Positions 19,083 to 28,521 of a DNA stretch of 64,000 bases are shown piece by piece. The translations under genes and the position numbers were made by a program. How positions within the stretch are numbered: the stretch's first letter is position 1; every line of letters begins with the position of its first letter. The notes beneath the pieces were generated by a model, which was not told where the DNA came from, made no database searches, and worked only from the letters and a program-made list of their open reading frames with translations. The DNA lies in the NCBI GenBank assembly GCA_965660445.1, contig CBFIAK010000001.1, forward strand, positions 640,001 to 704,000. Reading direction: 5' to 3'. The stretch is from Patescibacteria group bacterium. Lineage in GTDB: Bacteria > Patescibacteriota > Gracilibacteria > UBA4473.

Positions 19083-20363
19083 CTAATCGGTTTTTAGCTT
19101 CACGGTTCCTCGCTCAAGAAGTAATTGTCCTTTGACACATCGAAGTACTTGTTCTTTCTCCTTTGGTGTTCCGTTTTTGAGAAGAAAGCATATGTATTCA
19201 TGAACGCTCATCAATTGTGCTTTGTCTCCATACCGAACCATTTCCATCTGATTAATTTTTTCGACTTCCTTTTGTATTTCTTTGCGAATATAGAATGAAT
19301 TTTCGTCTGTTTGAGTAACGAGGCTAGATACTTCTTCAATGAGCTTCTGTTCAGGGATGTATTTCTCTTTACAGATCCCGTGTCCGTAATACCGATTGCA
19401 CTTGTAGTAGCTGTATTCTTTCCCATGACGGTTGATATGGGTTTCTCCACACACGCCTGATCCACAGACCCCGCATTTAAAAATTTTGTTGAAGTAAAAC
19501 TGTTTCCGTCCCCATTTTCCTTTTGGACTTACAATCAATTTCGTTTGAGTGAGGTCGTACATTTTCTTGGTAATCAAGGGTTTGTAATCTCCGTCATACC
19601 AGTTTCCAGAACCTCGGGGATATTCGAATTTTCCGTAGTAGAAAGTATCGCCTAAGATTTTGTAAATCATGCTGAGTGATACGATTTTGTCATTTCTCGA
19701 TTTAAGTCCTTCTCTTTGCATGTGATCCCAAACCTGCCGTCCACTCATTCCCTCGTGAGCCACGAGCATGAAAATCTGTTTTATGTACGGAGCACGTTCT
19801 GGATCTACTTCTATCGTGCTGGGATCAGACATTCGCTCGCCTCGCTTAAGAATGTATCCAATCGGGGGAGATCCAGGGCGAACGCCTGTTTCACATTTCG
19901 CTCGCATACCTCTTTTTACATTCTTGGATCGGTTGTCGTTTTCTAGCTTCGCCTGAGAACAGAGAATCATGAGAAGAAATTTCTCGTCAGGGGTGTTGGT
20001 AAATTTCTGACCGCTCGTCTGGATCTTGACCAACTTTTCTTGATCCATGAGATCGACAAGTGTCCCTAGATCTCCTGCATTTCTGCTCAACCTGTCAGGA
20101 GCCCATGTCAGCACACAATTGAAGCGTTGCTCGCTGATTCCCAAGATCACTTTGTTGTATCCGATTCGTTGCCCCGAGGACTTAGCCGATTTGCTCTCTC
20201 GAATCGTTTCCACGATCTCAATCCCTTCTTTTTCTGCGATTTGTGTCATCTCTTTGATTTGAGAATCAATACTCATGGCTTGCCGTTCATCCGCTTCGCT
20301 CGACTTACGGGCGTATAAGCAGTAGCGAAGCGGTTGTTCCGATATCGATATTGGGTTTTCCAT
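19083..20363 (-). CDS. large serine recombinase 1
   Basis: YARKSSE catalytic Ser, DRLSRN, recombinase domain, CGVC…C…C zinc ribbon. Confidence 0.93.
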   Translation of the reverse strand: MENPISISEQPLRYCLYARKSSEADERQAMSIDSQIKEMTQIAEKEGIEIVETIRESKSAKSSGQRIGYNKVILGISEQRFNCVLTWAPDRLSRNAGDLGTLVDLMDQEKLVKIQTSGQKFTNTPDEKFLLMILCSQAKLENDNRSKNVKRGMRAKCETGVRPGSPPIGYILKRGERMSDPSTIEVDPERAPYIKQIFMLVAHEGMSGRQVWDHMQREGLKSRNDKIVSLSMIYKILGDTFYYGKFEYPRGSGNWYDGDYKPLITKKMYDLTQTKLIVSPKGKWGRKQFYFNKIFKCGVCGSGVCGETHINRHGKEYSYYKCNRYYGHGICKEKYIPEQKLIEEVSSLVTQTDENSFYIRKEIQKEVEKINQMEMVRYGDKAQLMSVHEYICFLLKNGTPKEKEQVLRCVKGQLLLERGTVKLKTD

Positions 20364-20410
20364 CACGACAAGTGATGTCGCAGGAAATGTTTAAGTCTAG
20401 GCGGAATCGC

Positions 20411-21967
20411 TTAAAAGGGTCCAAAATTTGGAAATCGTCTGTCATAACTGGAAAGAAATTGTTCCATCGACATACTGCTGACAGAGGGTCCATCATCTAA
20501 TGGGATAAATTCAAAATGAACTTCTCGTTCTGCCATTATTTCGTTGATTGCAATCGTTAACGCATCGACCAAGTCATCGTGTTTTTCCACCCCAAATCCC
20601 ATGACTTGTTCAATGATTCTTTCGCATCCTTTTTTGGGAAAGAGGACTCGCCCTGTTTTTATGTAATGGTGTGCAGTACAAAGTCTTGATCTTTTGTCGC
20701 CCACAATACTCACTGGTTTTGTATTATAGCCATCTCGATCCATTTCTTGCTCAAACGCTTTTTGATACCCCACATCTTCCGTAAAAATCTTTACAGATTT
20801 TGGATGATCGTGAATCGTTGAACAAAGAGCTTTCAGCCCTTCTTTTGAGCCAGAAAAATCTGGTCGCCCATGAAAGAAATTCGGAAGAATAAAAACGTGT
20901 TTCTTTTTATTCATTTTATAAACCTTCATTGGAATAAACGCGGTATAATCTGCCGAATTTTTTTGAGAAATAGACAAGTCAGTCCCAATAGCTGGAAACC
21001 GAAAATAAACACTATTTTCTGAGTTTTTATCATGGTTTTCCTGAGGAAGGTCTTCGTAGTAGTGAATATCTTCAGGAAGGACGATTTGTCCTTCGTCAGG
21101 AATAATTCTAAGCATAAATTCTCGTTGCCATGCAATATGATTCCCAACTCGTTTTTCTTCGGCTTTGATGGCTTTTGCGTTTGGATATTTTCCGTGCCAC
21201 AAGGCTTTATTGTTTCTCGCAACGGGGTATGCTTTATATCTTCCTGTCATTTCGTTTTTTCTGATTTTTTCTTTCATCCGCATGATGACGGAATCCTCGT
21301 GGAGCAAATTTCCAATCATAATCAATCGTGTATTTTGATCGCCTGCAGGAATCACTTCACTTGTCAGCCAATCATAGGTTTTGTTTCGCCCTTCTTTGGT
21401 TTTTACAGAAGAAAGATCTTCAATATCGTCACAAATGATGAGATCGGGGCGGTATTGGTTGTGTCGTATTCCACGCACACTTTGTTCCATAGAAACCGCC
21501 ATGATTCGGGCATCGTGTTTGGGAATCAAAAGTGAAGACGTGCTCCACTCATCGTCTTCTTTGAAGGGTCCCAAATCTTTCCGTAAAAGGGCATTTGATT
21601 CGAGTTCTCGCCTAAGATTTTTGAGATGTTGTCGAGCTTGGTGTTGGGTTTGCCCTACAAGCAAGACAAATTTTTTCTGTGGTTTCCCAAGAATTGACCA
21701 CAGCGGATAGGATAAATTTACAATCGTTGATTTTCCTGATCCCCGAAACGCAATAATGACGAGATTCTTTATTTTTTCATTTTCGGTGAACTGAAACATT
21801 TCTCGCTGAAAGTCCGCTGTTTTGTAGGTGATGTAATGATGAAAGTATGTATGAAAGAACCAATAATGACTTTGACTGGTTATTTCTTGCCGAACGCGGT
21901 AATCGGTAAGGATTTTTTGAATTGTATCTTTATCAAGTTCTGGAATGTTGTAGCTTGAAGTTTTCAT
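20411..21967 (-). CDS. phage terminase large subunit
   Basis: Walker A AFRGSGKS, VRG..RPDLIICDDIE Walker B, IGN coupling motif, RNase H-like nuclease GTDLS…HDDLVDA. Confidence 0.88.
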   Translation of the reverse strand: MKTSSYNIPELDKDTIQKILTDYRVRQEITSQSHYWFFHTYFHHYITYKTADFQREMFQFTENEKIKNLVIIAFRGSGKSTIVNLSYPLWSILGKPQKKFVLLVGQTQHQARQHLKNLRRELESNALLRKDLGPFKEDDEWSTSSLLIPKHDARIMAVSMEQSVRGIRHNQYRPDLIICDDIEDLSSVKTKEGRNKTYDWLTSEVIPAGDQNTRLIMIGNLLHEDSVIMRMKEKIRKNEMTGRYKAYPVARNNKALWHGKYPNAKAIKAEEKRVGNHIAWQREFMLRIIPDEGQIVLPEDIHYYEDLPQENHDKNSENSVYFRFPAIGTDLSISQKNSADYTAFIPMKVYKMNKKKHVFILPNFFHGRPDFSGSKEGLKALCSTIHDHPKSVKIFTEDVGYQKAFEQEMDRDGYNTKPVSIVGDKRSRLCTAHHYIKTGRVLFPKKGCERIIEQVMGFGVEKHDDLVDALTIAINEIMAEREVHFEFIPLDDGPSVSSMSMEQFLSSYDRRFPNFGPF

Positions 21968-21979
21968 TTTTTAAATGGG

Positions 21980-22378
21980 TTAAGATTTTTTAGAGGGTAA
22001 AAGTGATCCCAAAGACAACGCTTTGGTGACCATTGCTTGTTGTTCTTCGGTCAGTTCTCGGTCTTCAATACGAGTGGTGACTTCGAATTTCTGCGTGTAG
22101 GATTTGTGGCGGTGTTTGAGCCAAAAAATGATGGCAGTCAGATTCTTGTCTTTGATAGCAGACAAAAGTTGAGATTCTGCCATATCATTCATGAGCTTTA
22201 CGCCTTCGTGAATGGCTTCATCGGCTTCTTTGGCAAACTCTTTGTCGTCTTTTCTCCAGCGATAGTAGGTCGCTCGCCCAAGACCTGTTTTTTCGCACGC
22301 CAGTTGAACAATGGGCGTCTTTTTGAGTTGTTCACATAACGCCTGCTTTTGCTGTTGCTGTTTCTCATTGATATTCAT
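21980..22378 (-). CDS. phBC6A51-type HTH protein, probable terminase small subunit
   Basis: ACEKTGLGRATYYRWRKDDKEF HTH and TAIIFWLK motif; immediately upstream of TerL. Confidence 0.8.
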   Translation of the reverse strand: MNINEKQQQQKQALCEQLKKTPIVQLACEKTGLGRATYYRWRKDDKEFAKEADEAIHEGVKLMNDMAESQLLSAIKDKNLTAIIFWLKHRHKSYTQKFEVTTRIEDRELTEEQQAMVTKALSLGSLLPSKKS

Positions 22379-23145
22379 TTTTCTGTGGGGTTAAGAGGTA
22401 CAGCTTTTTGCCCAGTGATCTTTTCCCACCGATCAATAATGACTTGGCAGTATTTCGGTTCGATTTCGACCATGTAGCATCGACGTTTCGTTTGTTCACA
22501 GGCAATGAGTGTTGACCCACTCCCACCAAAACAGTCGTAGACAATATCTTCTCGTCGGGTGCTATTGAGAATAAGTCTGCGTAAAACAGATATATTCTTC
22601 ATGGTCGGATGCAGATCGTTCTTTTTTGTCTTGGGACTGATGAGAACGGACTTGTCCTGCGATTTCATGAATTCATGTCGTCCACGCCAACCGTAGGCGA
22701 TGAGTTCGTGTTGGGGCAGATAATCCAGTCGTCCAATGACCGCCCCTGTTTTTACCCAGACCAGTATTTGAGAAAGCTTGAATCCTTCCGCTAAAAACGC
22801 TTCCCTCATGGCGAACATCATTTTGTCCGAGTTGAATACCGCAAAAGCGTTCTTGTCGGTCAGTCGATTTTTAATGGGTTTCAGCCAGTTTTGGGTGAAT
22901 GTTTTGAATTCCTCGTCCGACTGAATGTGATCGTTCTGGATTTCCTCGTGTTGGATTTCCGATTTCACGAAATCTTTCTTTCCTGACACAAGCGACACCC
23001 CATATGGTACGTCAGTGCAGATGAATTTGATTTTCTCTGTGCCAAGTAGTTTTTCTACCTGGTCTGCGTTGACCGCATCGCCACAGATAAGTCGATGTTC
23101 TCCCAATTGGAAAGCATCCCCGATACTAATTGATTGTTTTGACAT
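22375..23145 (-). CDS. site-specific DNA methyltransferase (N4/N6, beta class)
   Basis: HRLICGD, TDVPY, HPTMK and DCFGGSGST motifs. Confidence 0.88.
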   Translation of the reverse strand: MSKQSISIGDAFQLGEHRLICGDAVNADQVEKLLGTEKIKFICTDVPYGVSLVSGKKDFVKSEIQHEEIQNDHIQSDEEFKTFTQNWLKPIKNRLTDKNAFAVFNSDKMMFAMREAFLAEGFKLSQILVWVKTGAVIGRLDYLPQHELIAYGWRGRHEFMKSQDKSVLISPKTKKNDLHPTMKNISVLRRLILNSTRREDIVYDCFGGSGSTLIACEQTKRRCYMVEIEPKYCQVIIDRWEKITGQKAVPLNPTEK

Positions 23146-24418
23146 CGTTTTGTGGGTTAAGAGCTAAATATCGAGCGATTATGACATCGCAAAAAGCAGG
23201 GTCTTTTTCGACCAAGAATGATTTTCGTCCGAGTTGGTCACAAGCGACCATCGTACTGCCCGATCCTCCAAACAAATCGAGCACGGTGTCTCCGGGTTTC
23301 GTACATCGCTTGAGGGGGCGTTCGTGAAGGGTTGGGCTTTTTTCTGTCGGGTGTTTGTACTCTGAGGTGGGCAGTCGTTTGACCAACCAAATGTCGAGCA
23401 TATCCTCAATGTCATCAAGCGTGCGGTTTCCAGTCCCAATTTCTGGGTTCAGGATTTCTGTAAAATTGGAAGACTTGTCGCTTAAAAACGGTTTTCCCAC
23501 CGTTCCATACACGCAGGGTTCATAGCATTTGTTGAAGGCAATTTGAGGCGTAACATTTTGGTTATTTTTAACCCAAAGGCACACCCGCTGATTTTTTATT
23601 CCATTCTTCTGATACAAATCCTGCAAGAGTCCGATGTAGTTCTGATCGCAGAAATAGAAAATATGGGCATTGGATTTGCAATGCACCAGTCCGTTCTGAA
23701 TCGTTTTCTCTAAAAACGCCCGATATTCCGTATCGGTTTTCTTGTCATCGACTTTCGCACAATCGTACTTTTTCTTTTTCCCCAGTCCTTTCTGATAATC
23801 ATAGGACAGATTGAAGGGCGGATCTGAATAGATCGCATCAATCTTTGTTTCGCCCAAAAGCTTATTGATCACTTCGGGGTCTTGGGAGTCCCCACAAACG
23901 AGCCGATGTTTCCCGAGTTGAAACATTTCTCCTGTTTTTGTTTGAGGATTTTTTTGCGCTTTTTCTAATTCTTCTTTGGTATTGAACTCATCATCCTCGA
24001 TTCCTAATGCTTCATCCCAGATAACTGATAAATCCGAATCATCGAATCCGACATCAAGTAGCAAATCGAGGTCAAAATCTTTGAGTTTTTGGAAATCAAA
24101 TTCTCCGGTGTTTCGATTTAAGCGAAGATTTAACTCTTTTTCTTTCTCGATATCTGGAATATCTAAAAAGATCACGGGGACTTCCTCGTATCCCAAATCT
24201 TTGGCGACTTTGAGACGGAAGTGTCCGCCAATGGTTATGTTCTTCCTCTTGGGCGAACTATTTACGAGGATTGGATCAACCAGCCCGAAGCGTTTGACGC
24301 TCTCGGTGAGTTGATCAATTGCTCCTTTCTCCCATTTTCTAGGATTGTACTGAGCGACTTTCAGTTCTTTGATCGGAACTGAGACGATTTTTAACGAAGC
24401 CGACTTTTTTGTACTCAT
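23126..24418 (-). CDS. ParB-N domain-DNA methyltransferase fusion
   Basis: YNPR…GGHFR ParB/Srx domain; DPPF, HPTEK and DLFGGSGS MTase motifs. Confidence 0.9.
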   Translation of the reverse strand: MSTKKSASLKIVSVPIKELKVAQYNPRKWEKGAIDQLTESVKRFGLVDPILVNSSPKRKNITIGGHFRLKVAKDLGYEEVPVIFLDIPDIEKEKELNLRLNRNTGEFDFQKLKDFDLDLLLDVGFDDSDLSVIWDEALGIEDDEFNTKEELEKAQKNPQTKTGEMFQLGKHRLVCGDSQDPEVINKLLGETKIDAIYSDPPFNLSYDYQKGLGKKKKYDCAKVDDKKTDTEYRAFLEKTIQNGLVHCKSNAHIFYFCDQNYIGLLQDLYQKNGIKNQRVCLWVKNNQNVTPQIAFNKCYEPCVYGTVGKPFLSDKSSNFTEILNPEIGTGNRTLDDIEDMLDIWLVKRLPTSEYKHPTEKSPTLHERPLKRCTKPGDTVLDLFGGSGSTMVACDQLGRKSFLVEKDPAFCDVIIARYLALNPQNDVKTIN

Positions 24419-24546
24419 GACAAAAATAATTAAGAAATATATCTCAATTATTGGGGGGTGTCGGACGTAAATGGGGGATTTTTTACCTACAAAAAAACCA
24501 AGTCGCTTGATTACTTAGCTTTGGGCTTCACGAACTTTTGGGTTTC

Positions 24547-25407
24547 TTACCCTGCGATGTCTATTTTGATTTTGCATTTGCCATTTCTAATATTTTCAAA
24601 CGGATCTTCCGTGATTCCAAAACATCTTTGAAGGTCTTCTCGAAGCATGCTCAATTCCTGTTTGAAGTTAGCGTGCCCATCCTTTAGAAATTTTGAAAGA
24701 GTTCCACGATTTGAAGCGAATTTTTCCAACAACGTCCAACTAACCCTCGGACTGTTTGTGGTTTGACTCATAAATCCCAAATCGTAGAAAGTGGATTTTT
24801 GTTTGTTTTTTCCATCACTAATTTCGACCTCGTGAGAATTTAAAAATTTCAACGCTATTTCTTCCCAACGGGATACTTTTGGTTGCAGAAAATCTCTCGA
24901 AATAATGGTATTCCCTTGAATATGTACGTTTACGGTAATGTGTTGGTGAACAACGGGTTGTTCTCTCCTTGATGGGGTCGGAAGAATTGTTCGCTCCTCA
25001 TAAGAACTTATGCGGTGTTCAAAATAAGTTGATGACATTTCAGGAAAGGTCATCTTTGGAAGACTGTGAAATGTCTTCATCGACTGGTTTATCAATTCCA
25101 TATTTGGCATTGATGCTTGGATCTGTTTTGAAAGATCCGTAATTCCACTCATGTCTGGCAGAGTCGCTCTCATCCTTTCAATATCTTTTAAAATTGGCTC
25201 TATGTGCGACATCGAGTTCTTTATTTGCTCTGAAAGAGCGGTAAGTCCAGTCATGTCTGGCAAATTCAGTTTCATACCCTCCATCGCTTTCAGCATGGGT
25301 TCCATATTTATCTGCGTTGCTAAACTGGCAGATCTCCCAATAGCTCCGAACTTTTTTAATTGGTCAGGAGTAAATGTTCGACGTCGACGGGTTACTGTGG
25401 CGATCAT
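24547..25407 (-). CDS. hypothetical protein with Met-rich helical repeats and possible C-terminal winged-helix
   Basis: LPDM(T/S)G.T.LS.QI..SM repeated twice; 4-nt overlap with the upstream SLATT gene. Confidence 0.6.
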   Translation of the reverse strand: MIATVTRRRRTFTPDQLKKFGAIGRSASLATQINMEPMLKAMEGMKLNLPDMTGLTALSEQIKNSMSHIEPILKDIERMRATLPDMSGITDLSKQIQASMPNMELINQSMKTFHSLPKMTFPEMSSTYFEHRISSYEERTILPTPSRREQPVVHQHITVNVHIQGNTIISRDFLQPKVSRWEEIALKFLNSHEVEISDGKNKQKSTFYDLGFMSQTTNSPRVSWTLLEKFASNRGTLSKFLKDGHANFKQELSMLREDLQRCFGITEDPFENIRNGKCKIKIDIAG

Positions 25408-25835
25408 TTTGTGGTTTTTTCTGATTTATGAATTTCGATCCATTTGGTATTTTCTCTTGAAATTAGAGCCTCGACCCTTTCAACAAATAAAGCTTCTTTA
25501 TCCGAGGCATCTGCATATTCGTATAATTTTGCATCGTAGAAATGTTTTTCTTTCTTAAGGCTCTCAGCAATAGTTCTATAAGAGAGCCAATTTTCTTGAT
25601 ATTTAAAAGTCTTTAGCGAAGTTGCCATAATGGCGACAAAGACAGAAGCAATCGTTGGAACCAAGTTTGAATAAGGTTCGAGCAGTATCAATATGGGAGT
25701 TAATGCCGAACAAATAATCAATCCCCATTGAAATCCCACATACCATTTTTTATTACGTGAAGATTTTTCACTATACCACTTCACTTGCGATTTATACCTT
25801 CCATCAACGTATTCATCGAATTCAGTTTTATTCAT
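25404..25835 (-). CDS. SLATT/DUF4231 two-TM effector protein
   Basis: RY..QVKWY..KS..NK, two TM helices, ENWLSYR..AESLKKEK…FVERVE.LIS.EN..W. Confidence 0.88.
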   Translation of the reverse strand: MNKTEFDEYVDGRYKSQVKWYSEKSSRNKKWYVGFQWGLIICSALTPILILLEPYSNLVPTIASVFVAIMATSLKTFKYQENWLSYRTIAESLKKEKHFYDAKLYEYADASDKEALFVERVEALISRENTKWIEIHKSEKTTK

Positions 25836-26296
25836 AGTCCCAATTCGTTATAAACGGAATCTTTCCAGTGCCAGTCATCATCATCTTTTTTGGAAAAATT
25901 ATCAAGGCTGTATTTTATGATTGAAGCCTTAAACGGGACAAACATAGCCCCCTTGTTTTTTAATATTGGAGGACACATTTCATCAACTCGTCTGCTTCCG
26001 TTTAAATTTACACATATGAGCCTGCAATTTTTTTCTATCGCAATATCAGCTTCCCATCTTACATATTTATGTTTTGATTTTGTATCTTCCCCAATGAGCT
26101 GAATAAATGTTCCGGAGTTTGTGATTTTTTCACGAAGAATACGTTTTATGTAAGATTCATCTTGAGATTGAATACTTCTATCTAGTTGCATATCGATGAA
26201 ATCAAAGTCCATTTTTCCATTTGCCTTCCATCCTTTCATAAAATCGTAGTATTGTTTGTCTGTACTACTGAAACCGACAAAAACTCTATTTGCCAT
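25832..26296 (-). CDS. TIR-domain protein (ThsB/DUF1863-like)
   Basis: RVFVGFSS.D, YIKRILREKI..S…LIGEDT…YVRWE with the putative catalytic Glu. Confidence 0.88.
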   Translation of the reverse strand: MANRVFVGFSSTDKQYYDFMKGWKANGKMDFDFIDMQLDRSIQSQDESYIKRILREKITNSGTFIQLIGEDTKSKHKYVRWEADIAIEKNCRLICVNLNGSRRVDEMCPPILKNKGAMFVPFKASIIKYSLDNFSKKDDDDWHWKDSVYNELGL

Positions 26297-26486
26297 TTAT
26301 CAAGTCATTAAGAGAGGCGACATTATTTTTTTCAAGATATGTCCCCAAGTGCATATCTGACCGAACTCCGAAATCTTTTTCATATTGTTTCTCGATCGTT
26401 CCCATGTGAGTATCGTCTCGTTTATCACGAAGTTGTCCATCTTGGTTTCTTGAGCGGTTTCCTCGCATTCCTGGTGCATCTGCCAT
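26286..26486 (-). CDS. small protein with duplicated R-x-D-x-H-x-G-T motif
   Basis: 66 aa; KRDDTHMGT and VRSDMHLGT; overlaps the TIR start by 11 nt. Confidence 0.7.
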   Translation of the reverse strand: MADAPGMRGNRSRNQDGQLRDKRDDTHMGTIEKQYEKDFGVRSDMHLGTYLEKNNVASLNDLINGK

Positions 26487-26574
26487 TTTCTTGTGGGTTA
26501 AAAGCTACTGACACTACTAAATATAGCGTTTTTTTAGAAAAAGTAAAATAAAAACTACATAAAACTAGAATTTC

Positions 26575-26603
26575 TTGATTTTTTTAATTCTACAACGTAT
26601 AAT
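26575..26603 (+). promoter_or_regulatory. sigma70 promoter of the LexA-like gene
   Basis: TTGATT-17bp-TATAAT. Confidence 0.7.
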
Positions 26604-26626
26604 TTTAATGAAAAAAACAAATCATC

Positions 26627-27270
26627 ATGCACGAAACACAACGAAAAATATTAGCACTTCTTGAGTCAAAGGGACAGCTTTTCCTTAAATATGCCCAAAT
26701 AGCTCGGGATATTAAAGAAGACAGTCTTCAAAATGTTAAATATCATCTTTTGCAACTCGAGAAACGTGGCTATATCGTTATTGATAAAGTCAAAAAAGTA
26801 GTAAAAAAAGCGTCAGATGTAGCGGAAAAATCTTTAGGATTTTCTAATATTCCTTTTTATGGCGATGCCAATTGCGGATCTCCCTTATCTTACGCCGAAG
26901 ACATGCAACACGGGGTTCTTAAGGTTTCATCTTCGCTAGTACCAAGTTCCGAAAATATGATTGCGCGGTACGAGCTGTTGGAGATTCAATGAATATATCG
27001 CGTATTAAGGGATCTTCAATTGAAGATGGAGATTATGTTATTGTTGATACTCAAAAAAAAGCACCAGAAGCAAAAGATTATATACTTTCTGTTATTGATG
27101 ATGGGGCGAATATTAAACGAATTTATTTCGATGAAACAAATCATTATGTCGTCCTTAGATCAGAATCCAATGATCCAAATTTTCGAGATATAATCATACA
27201 TGAAGACGACAAGTATTCGGTTGTGGGAACGGTAGAATGTGTAATAAAGAAGCCTCAAATCGAAGATTGA
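26627..27270 (+). pseudogene. LexA/CI-like S24 repressor split by a 2-nt insertion
   Basis: wHTH plus ANCG cleavage site in ORF 26627-26992; removing one CG from GCGCG (26963-26967) restores IAVRAVGDSM (catalytic Ser) into ORF 26989-27270 (ANIKR, catalytic Lys). Confidence 0.85.
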
Positions 27271-28517
27271 TTCTTTGATTCATAAATCACTTGCTTGTCT
27301 TTTATCAAAAGCCTCCCATTCAATGCTTGTAGAGATTCAGATTTCTTTTGAAGACTTCCGTATACCAATTCATCCTGTATGAATTGATACGGCTTAAGGG
27401 GTGGTTTTATGAAAAAATTACACCTTCTCATGTCATCTTTTTGGCGTTGATTGAGTTCGCTAATGTCTAAATCCGTTATTTGTTCCGCAATTTTTTCTAT
27501 TTGTGCCAGAAGATTTTTTCCTCGAATGCTTAATTGTTTGCAGTTGCTATTGTATTTATTGCACGAGTAGTAAAGGTAGAGTCGATTGTACCTATTCCTG
27601 TAAATCTCACCAGAAATACCAGATCCGCACTCGCCACATTTAAAAATTCTATTGAATTTGAAAGGAATCTCTCCCCATTTTCTTCGGGGTTCTCGGGGAC
27701 CTCGTTTTGCGATGTTTGTTTGGACTTTATCATAAAGTTCCTTGGTAATGAGCGGTTCATGAATACCTTTGTACCAATTCCCACTTTTTTTGGGGTATTC
27801 AAATTCTCCGTAGTAAAAAGTATCTGCCAACATCTTTTGAAGCCTACTTTTGGCTAACTTCTTTCCATGCTTCGAAAATTTCCCCAATCTGTCCATATCT
27901 TTCCAAATGTGGTAGATACTTTTGTTCTCTTCTCCCACTAACCGAAATATCTCTTTCACAATGGGAGCTTTTTCTTCATCAATTACAGCTCTATTTGGCT
28001 CGTGTATATCTTCTCCAGGTACAAGTTTGTATCCTAATGGCGTTGCATAGGGTCTTCGTCCTTGTTCACAAGCTGCCCTCATTCCACGTTGCACGTTTTT
28101 ACCACGATTTTCATTCTCAAGTTTTGCCTGACTTCCCAAAAGCATGAGCAAAAACTTCTCATTTGGATTATTTCCAAGAAATGTTCGGTCATGCGTTCGA
28201 ACAACCTGTAATTTCTCTTGATCCATTAAATCGACCAACATCCCTAAATCTCCTGCATTTCTGCTGAGTCGGTCAACCGCCCATGTTAAAATCGCTTCAT
28301 ATTCTCCATCCATCAGTCCTGCCATGAGCTGAGTGAATCCCGGGCGAGAAAAGGAAGTTTTTGCAGATTTACACTCTTCTATGATTTTTACGACATCAAG
28401 ATCTTCTGCCTCTTGAATTTTTCTCATCTCTCGGAACTGAGATTCAATCGACATAGCTTGTTTTTCATCTTGTTCAGAGGACTTTCTGGCATAAATACAA
28501 TAGCGAATATTAGACAT
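27255..28517 (-). CDS. large serine recombinase 2
   Basis: YARKSSE, DRLSRNAGD, CGECG zinc ribbon; paralogous to recombinase 1. Confidence 0.93.
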   Translation of the reverse strand: MSNIRYCIYARKSSEQDEKQAMSIESQFREMRKIQEAEDLDVVKIIEECKSAKTSFSRPGFTQLMAGLMDGEYEAILTWAVDRLSRNAGDLGMLVDLMDQEKLQVVRTHDRTFLGNNPNEKFLLMLLGSQAKLENENRGKNVQRGMRAACEQGRRPYATPLGYKLVPGEDIHEPNRAVIDEEKAPIVKEIFRLVGEENKSIYHIWKDMDRLGKFSKHGKKLAKSRLQKMLADTFYYGEFEYPKKSGNWYKGIHEPLITKELYDKVQTNIAKRGPREPRRKWGEIPFKFNRIFKCGECGSGISGEIYRNRYNRLYLYYSCNKYNSNCKQLSIRGKNLLAQIEKIAEQITDLDISELNQRQKDDMRRCNFFIKPPLKPYQFIQDELVYGSLQKKSESLQALNGRLLIKDKQVIYESKNQSSI

Positions 28518-28521
28518 ATGA

